From positions 219,852,001-219,916,000 of the forward strand of contig OZ024740.1 of NCBI GenBank assembly GCA_964016885.1: DNA of 64,000 nt. Reading direction: 5' to 3'. Positions 56,214 through 64,000 of the stretch are shown here, piece after piece. The translations under genes were made by a program, and so were the position numbers. The stretch is from Eledone cirrhosa. Lineage: Eukaryota. The notes under the pieces were generated by a model. That model had not been told where the DNA came from. It was given only the letters and a program-made list of their open reading frames with translations, and ran no database searches. The first letter of the stretch is position 1. Every line of letters begins with the position of its first letter.

Positions 56214-58260
56214 ATCATCATCATCATCGTTTAACGTCTATCTTCCATGCTAGCATGGGTTTAGACGGGAATTGTCCCACTTGAGGCAAGATTGGTCAGG
56301 AAACCGTGTCTCGCTCGTATAGGACTATCTGGCAGGTTTTCTACGGCTGGATGCCCTTCCTAACACCAACCACATATACAGTGTGGACTGGGAGGTTTTT
56401 ACCGTGTTACCTACATGGCCACATTACAGTGTGGACTGTGTTTTTTTGTCGTGACACCTACACAACCTCATTTATTTTGAACTGGATGTTGTGGTACCAA
56501 CATAACTTTACAGAGAGAGGGTGGTGTTGGTGGGAGTGGGAGTGGAGTAGGGGGTGAGGTAGGGGTAGTGGGATGGGAGTGTATATTTGGTTACGAGGTG
56601 CCTACTGACTGTAGGTTTCGCTATGTACATAGGCAAGGCGGGTTTTCTGTATTACTGTGTAGCGCCAAAGATCTCGGTCCAGTGACATTGTCTTAGATAG
56701 GTTAAGTATGTAAGGTCGGAATTTCTGAAATTGTCCCAGCTTTTTCTGGGTCTACCTACTCCGTAGCTTCCATCAGTTTTGATCGCCCTGCACTTTTTTA
56801 TACAGCTGTCATCTTTCATGGACATCACATGACCATACCAACGTAGTCTTCTCTCGAGTAAACAGCATCTGATCCCTCTTATTCCTAATTTCTCACTTAG
56901 TTTATTTATGCTTTGCTGTTCGCATATATTACTATTACACATCCAACAGAGCATGCATGCTTCGTTCTTCTCCAGCCTGCGCAGGTCCTCTGCACACAAT
57001 GCCCATGTCTCACTGCCATGTAACATTGCTGTTCATATGCACGCATCATACAATCTGCCTTTCATTTTTAGAGAGAACCTTTAGTTTTCCATCCCGTTCT
57101 GACTCTGGCTACTGTACTTTCAGAGTACCCTCCACCACTGCTGATTTTGTCACCCAGGTAACGAAAGGTGTCGACTATTTCTATAGAACCATCTGGGCAA
57201 TAGAAGGAGCTAGTATCCTGTGGGCACTTGCTACTTATTGCACCTGAGCATCGGCCACATATAAAATCTACGTTCTTAGATAGCTTACCACTACATCTTT
57301 TATGTACCCATAGTTTGCATTTGGGACATAAAATGGAATTTCTGCCTACTCCTTTCCTACACACTGAGCATGGCCATTTCCCAGAGGGGACCTATGCCCT
57401 ATTTTCCTTTCTACATACTAGAACTTTAGTCTTAGACAAGTTAACTTTAAGGCCTTTTGATTCTAGGCCATACTTCCATGTTTGCAATTTCTTCTCTAGT
57501 TCAGCTATGAGAGTTAGATCATCAGCGTATAGAAGTTCCCATGGGCAGCCGATCTTGAACTCCTCTGTTATATAGCCTGAAGGGCAATAATAAATAGGAG
57601 GGGGCTAAGGTCAGAGCCTTGATGAACACCAACTTTTACGCTAAATTCTTCACTATATTCGTTGTTAATTCTAACCTTGCTGACTGTTTCTTTATACATG
57701 GCTTGTATAGCTTTCACAAGCCATTCATCAACACCTAGTTTTCTAAGAGCCCACCAGATAATGGAGCGGGGGACTCTGTCAAAGGCTTTCTCTAAGTCAA
57801 CAAAAGCTAAGTATAGGGGTTTATTTTTAGCTAGGTACTTCTCCTGTAGTTGTCATACAAAGAAAAGAGCATCTGTGGTACTTTTATCTGACACAAACCT
57901 AAATTGCATTTCATCTAGATCAATTCGCTCTCTGATTAGTTGCGCTATAACTCTTTCTGTGACCTTCATGACCTGGTCAACTAATTTAATGCCTCTGTAG
58001 TTTCCCTTATCTAGAGCATCTCCTTTACCCTTGTAGCAGTTAATGATGATGTTGCTACACCAGTCATTTGGTATGACCCCTTCTGTATTATTCGGTTTAC
58101 TATCAGGGTGACCATAGTGTGTCCCACCATTCCAGATGCTGTCAGCATTTCAGCAACTATCTCCGAAGGCCCAGCTGCCTTGCCTGTCTTCATATCTTTG
58201 ATTGCCTTACTTATTATACTACCTTTAACTTGCACCGCTGGTCCCTCTATTGAATCGATT
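56214..58260 (-). mobile_element. 5'-truncated RTE-like LINE with RT, Cys-rich insert and (GAT)n tail
   Basis: MKTGKAAGPSEI, GNYRGIKL, FVDLEKAFD, GVHQGS, LLYADDL, CPKCKLWVHKRC, LHGSETW and RLRWYGHV; multiple frameshifts. Confidence 0.92.
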
Positions 58261-58620
58261 TGGGGCAGTCTATCTATATCTATATATATATATTTATTTA
58301 TTTATAATTTTAAAAATGAAAAACACAGAGATATAAAAACAATGTGTTATTACGTTCACACTTTGGATGAGAGAGAGATCATTGGCAAGATTTCTTATAA
58401 GTATTAAATGTTTTAAGAACTCTTACCTATCATCTCAATGTGTTGTATATGCCCTGTGTTATATATGTCACCTTTTTGTCTACTCTTAAATGACACTTTT
58501 CTATATTTCTATCTATAATGAATGACATAAACACATTCAGCTTAAATATATTATTGACTGGCAATCTTTCTTCAGTTAACCTTATGTGTTTGTTTATATA
58601 TATATATGTGAATGTATGAA

Positions 58621-58665
<45 letters not shown>

Positions 58666-59195
58666 ATACCATATTTGATAATATACTGTATGTTTAATTA
58701 AAAACATAGTCGCTACTTTAAAATTTATAGCGAATGGTTTTCAAAAATGTTTTTAATTAAACATACAGTATATTATCAAATATACTATACATACATACAT
58801 TCATATATACATTGCTATTTCAGAGCACCAATACTAATACCTACTTTTTGCTGGACCAGCAACCGCTCTGTTTAATCAGCTCTTAAACATTACTGGAATT
58901 CTATAAGAATCCAGCTTCTATAATTCTCGGCAGAAGCGAAGGGGTGAGTAGTGTTGATAACCGCTAATGAGCAAGAAACAGGACTTGATTACTCCCCTTT
59001 GTTTTCGCCGAGAATAAGTAAATGACATAGTCACTACTATAAAATTCATAGCGAATGGTCTTCAAAATGTTTTTAATTAAACATACAGTATATTATTAAA
59101 TATACTATACATACATTCATATATACATCGCTATTTCAGAGCACCAATATTGATATATATACACACATATATATATATTGGTGCTCTGAAATAGC

Positions 59196-59226
<31 letters not shown>

Positions 59227-59244
59227 TGGTGCTCTGAAATAGCG

Positions 59245-59283
<39 letters not shown>

Positions 59284-59364
59284 ACATGCATTTTGAGAGA
59301 GAGAGAGGGTGTGTGAATGTGTGTGTATCACATCATTTAATGGACATTAAAGGATATACATAAA

Positions 59365-59397
<33 letters not shown>

Positions 59398-61154
59398 CAA
59401 TTGCATGTTATAGTAGCCTTTACTCACTATAGTATCACTAACCACTTGTTCATTCACACTATTTTCATTCATTTTAGCAGAATAAAGAAGAAATAAATTA
59501 TAAAAATATGTTCTTATTCATTAAGTTAATTAGGTTTGTTAATAACCAATGAAAACATAAACACACATTTAACTTGTTTGTTTATAGTTATTAAGACAAG
59601 TAGTTTCTGAGAGAAAATGTAGAGAGTTCCCGCTGTTTAGTGTACTTCCTAGGATATATGTCATTGAATTATGCCAGAGTACTTAGATTCTTTGTCTTTC
59701 TCTCTTCCCTTCTTATCTTTCACAGTAGTTGTGTCATTTTGGGGAACACACACATACATATACATCTGCAAACACCAACACCAACAGCAGTCACTGACCT
59801 AGATTTATTACAGAGAAAAGGAAAACAAAACAAAAGGAAGAAGAAAAATATTTAGTTAAGTGCTTCAGTGTTCTTAAAAACAACCCACTATTATCAGGGA
59901 AAAATGGTAAATAATGGGGTGGAATAATAATGAAATTTATGATGACATTACTGAATAAAATATTATCATCTTCCCCCATCATCATCATTTGTACATCCGC
60001 TTTCCCTGCTAGCATGAGTTGGACAGGCTGTCATGGTCCAAGTCAATTTTTATTTGGAATTGCTGAAAACCTAGTATGGTCCAAAAACCACAACAACCCT
60101 TTGTTACATTTTTTTAACATCATGGTTTCAATGGCTGGATGCCCTTCTTAAATCTTTTATCAAAGGCACTGATTATATTTTATTTATTATGGTACCAACA
60201 CTAGAGAGGTTGTCATGTTTCTACTCTATGCAATTTTTGTTTGTTCACAAAATTTTATCATAGTAGCAGCACTATAAATGTTATAATGTCTTCAGCAGAA
60301 CTAAAGAATCCTTTTAACTCTACATTTTCACTGTTTGGTTGCCTACCAGCTTACAGTGTCTACAAGGTGCATTTTATCATGTCACCAGTACTACAGAGTT
60401 AATGTCTTTGGCAGGAACAAAAAGTCCTCTCAATCCTATACCATGTCTGTTCTAGAATATATGTTATTCAATTATGTCAGTACTTAGATTCTTTATCTAT
60501 GTACCACTCCTCTCTATATATTTTTCTGTAGTTATGTCATTTTGGAGAACACATGTACATACACCAACAGTAGTCCCTGACATACATTTATTACAAAGAA
60601 AAGACAAATAAAACAAGAAGAAAAACAAACGACTCTCATCAAGGAGAAATGGTAATTAATAGAATAAAGGAATAAATCTATGATAAACTCGCAGAATAGA
60701 ATATTTTTCATATTTAATATGTAACCTTTTTAAAAACAGCTTTTGGATTACATGGATACTATAAGATCCTGAATTTGCTGAAAGCAAATTCTGTTTTAAT
60801 GTCAAACTATTTAAAATATATCTATTCTCTTATTATTTTTGCTTTCATATTACTTTATTAGCATTTAAATTATCTAAACTTAACTTTATTTTCTAGTTCA
60901 TTTCAGTGCAGAAAATTCCAGCAGGCATTCATTCTTATATTATTATTTATTACTATTAAATCTCCCTCTTACCTCCATTAGTGTATATTTAGCTGAGTCT
61001 ACAATATGGCATCTCTTCTTATGCAATTTGATCTCATGCCATCTTATCTATGAAGCTTCAGGATCACAAATTTCTATGAATATCTTCAACTATTGAATCT
61101 CCATACTCTTTCATTTAACATTTTTACCAATGTATACACTTATCCAACACACAC

Positions 61155-61195
<41 letters not shown>

Positions 61196-63291
61196 TAAAT
61201 AAAGAGAGAGAGATGTAGACATGGCTCTATGATAAAGACGTTAGCTTCACAACTACATGGCTTCAGGTTCCATCCCACTGTGTGGCACCTTGGGTAAGTG
61301 CTTCTATTATAGTCTCAGGTTAACCAATGCCTTGCAAGTGAATTAAATCAATGGAAACTATAAAGAAGCCAGTTGTGTGTGTGTGTGCATGTATGTGAGA
61401 GTATTCTGCAGGCATCTTTATACTGGTAGTGTTTAAAGCAAACACTGTCATTAGTATATACCCTATGAAAACAATATATTGTGCAGCATAGCAGTTTAGC
61501 ACCAGGGAAGAGATCTGACCATAGAAAAATCTACTTCAAGAAGTTTCATCCAACCATTCTAACATAGAAAAGTGGTTATAAAAACTATGATGACAGTCAA
61601 TTCTTCCAAAATACAGTTATTTCACAGTCTTCCTTGTAACCTAATATCTAAATGATTCTCCTATTCACCTCATACCTCTATAATTGTTGTAGGATTTCTT
61701 CATATATTTCCCTGTAATATACTTTTTACTTTTAACTATCTATACAAAGAGAAACGTTCTGGCAGGATACTATGTTTGGTAATCTGAGAAAAGCTAGTCC
61801 ATATATGGTGAAGCTAAAACCATAATTAGGACCAGCCTTCCCTTCTTACAGATGAGTTCAAAACTGAATATCAGTAAGAAATTTGTATAAGCTAACAACC
61901 TAAATAATAATAATAATAATAATAACCATAAAGGATGACAAATAAAACAAAACAAAGTAAGGTTTACCCAGTATATTTCAACATGATATTTCAGGGTTAA
62001 TACCCTCTTTTCAAATGTACAATGAAAACGGTTCACAACAAAAACGAATTACAATTATATTCTTCTCTAACTGGTCTAAGTGTCTAAAATATGCACGAGT
62101 GAAGCCGTTATAGTAGCCAATCTGCTTCATTCATTTGTGGCTTTTTCTTGTTGAAAGAAAATGTTTGTGTTAAAGTCTGTCTCAAGCCTAGAAGCTCACC
62201 AGGCCAGTGTTTATCCAGGTTTCACAAGTGTTATGCAAGGGAGAATTCAAAACTTCCCTCTGAACAAAATGCTCATCCATCCCAAGGTTAAGCCCTACTC
62301 CATCCCAGCTGCTGCTGCAGCTGGAACTCATTTTTTCAGCTGAGTGGACTGGAGTAACATGAAATGAAGTGTATATTCAAGGATATAACGAACCAGCTAA
62401 TTCATAAATTGAACCCACTACCTTACGATCACGTACCCAACACCCTAAGCACTAGGCCATGTGTTTTCCATATAATAATCTGAATAACATTTAAAAACAA
62501 AATTAGTAATAAATAAATAAACTGTAGAAGTTTGAAACTACAAAGATTGAAATACACTCCAAAAATATGGAGGTTAATTAGACCAAGATAAAGTTACTAA
62601 TTAAAAATAATTAGCATCTGAGAAAGAGGGAATTTAAGAATGTGTAGTTGGTGCAAATAAGAAGTATAAATGATGCAGTAAGATTTCTGAGAGACAGGAA
62701 ACAGGAACTTCAGATACACTAGAGTAACTAATAGAAAGAGCTGCCATGAATTAAAAACCAAAGACTTCTCAGATATAGATAAGGTTACTACTACTACACC
62801 ATTGATATAATTAGTGCTAGAGATTGAGCTAGTGACAATATAATGACCACTATATCAAGGGCTGAAAGAAGTTACGAGGAGTGTTTCCTCTGTTAAATTT
62901 ATTATTATTGTAAAAATATAATATATATATATATAAATATTGGAGTTGTACTTGTTTGGCAAGTGACTTCATTTGAAAGCTTGTGTTGAAACTGAAGAGT
63001 CATTTGGTCATTTAAAACAATCAAACAATCATAGAGAAACTCTTAACTTCTCTTCACATTTATTTCATGGCGTCAAAATTTTCATATCACTTTTGCGACC
63101 AGGTCAATGATATAGTTCCTCTTCAAACAGTTGCAACAGAAGTGTGTCAGTGACTAGGTTGGAAAGCATGCAATGAAAATTATGACACTATAAAATGTGT
63201 ATCTGTGTGTGTGCATGCATTTTAAAAACTAAAATGACTCTTCCCCAATGTAATTGGTATATATATATAAAATTCTGAAAATTGTTTTTAC

Positions 63292-63381
63292 CAGATGAAA
63301 TAATTTCTGTAGGTTTAGGAATCTTCCATTCCGTTTTAGTTGGTGAGGTTGGTGAAGTTACTCCAGTGGAGTCATCTGATT
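63292..63381 (-). CDS. SVIL: Supervillin exon, probable; symmetric phase 1-1, 90 nt, SDDSTGVTSPTSPTKTEWKIPKPTEIISS
   Basis: Polypyrimidine tract with TAG acceptor and GTAAAA donor; open frame, phase compatible with the next exon. The sequence is low-complexity, so there is no homology support. Confidence 0.7.
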
Positions 63382-64000
63382 CTAGAAAAAAACAATAATA
63401 ATTACAAAAATAATAATTACAATAATAAAAACAAAAATCAAGTGTATATTTAATTCAAAATATTCACAACACTACTAAACCTTTCACCATCAGGATGTAC
63501 ACAACTGCACATATGAGTTGGACACAACTTGGCCATAATCCTGTGGATGTCCTATCAGTCCAATATAAATAAGATGCCATCCAGTGTGATAAAATCCATT
63601 TGACAGGCTTCTAAACAATTTCCGTCAATCCAATTTCATTCATAATGCTTGGATTAACCCAAGTCTGCCATAAAAAAAATACACTCTCAATGTGCTACAC
63701 AGTGGGATCAAACACAGAATCTCATGGTTGCAAAACAAACATCTCAACTATTCAACCATGCTATGTTCATAATCACCAAAGATGTTAGGGCTAGCATTTG
63801 TGGCAAGTTTAAAGGTTTTTAGCTGTGAATTGTTAATGAGTTGCAAGTGTGGAATTGAAATTGTTTCCTTGAAGGTTGACTGAAATGTTCATAGGTTGAT
63901 TATGAAGGAATGATGCTAGAGCTTTGAAATCTTGCACGCATTAATTTCAACTCAACTTATTAATAACTGCATTGTTTCTTTCTAGGGACTACGTTGAAAA

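Larger units (their letters stand above)
22801..63381 (-). other. SVIL: Supervillin gene span, 5'-incomplete; 19 coding exons, about 968 aa in the window
   Basis: The spliced exons form one open frame with matching intron phases. It carries supervillin-specific motifs [70 protein letters not shown] and a C-terminal headpiece (VDPLRLETYL...LPLWKQ...GLF*). Confidence 0.96.

Noticed and set aside
56517-56580. G-rich tract with quadruplex potential, and poly-G runs at 24651 and 55656
   Set aside because: The tract is part of the LINE 3' UTR and the runs are simple homopolymers; there is no locus-specific evidence of function.

Overview
AT-rich, microsatellite- and transposon-dense eukaryotic DNA. 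The SINE/LINE repertoire suggests an octopus or other cephalopod (inference). The main gene is supervillin on the minus strand: 19 phase-compatible GT-AG exons between 63381 and the stop at 22801 encode about 968 aa, covering the gelsolin repeats and villin headpiece, and its 5' part lies beyond the window end. A probable terminal coding exon of an unidentified, convergent plus-strand gene lies at 3840-3906. The rest is mobile DNA: a near full-length but disabled RTE LINE with C2H2 fingers, other LINE fragments (RTE-like, CR1, R4/Dong, CRE), two Helitrons, two DD37D (maT) transposon derivatives, TTAA-flanked MITEs, two tRNA-SINE families and Penelope-like (Naiad-type GIY-YIG) remnants. The most notable hidden signal is six minimal type-I hammerhead ribozymes with intact cores from four unrelated sequence families, plus several degenerate ones. 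They are tied to Penelope-like ends, (TA)n tracts and fold-back inversions, and one lies in sense orientation within a supervillin intron. All calls were made by eye, without database searches or folding software.
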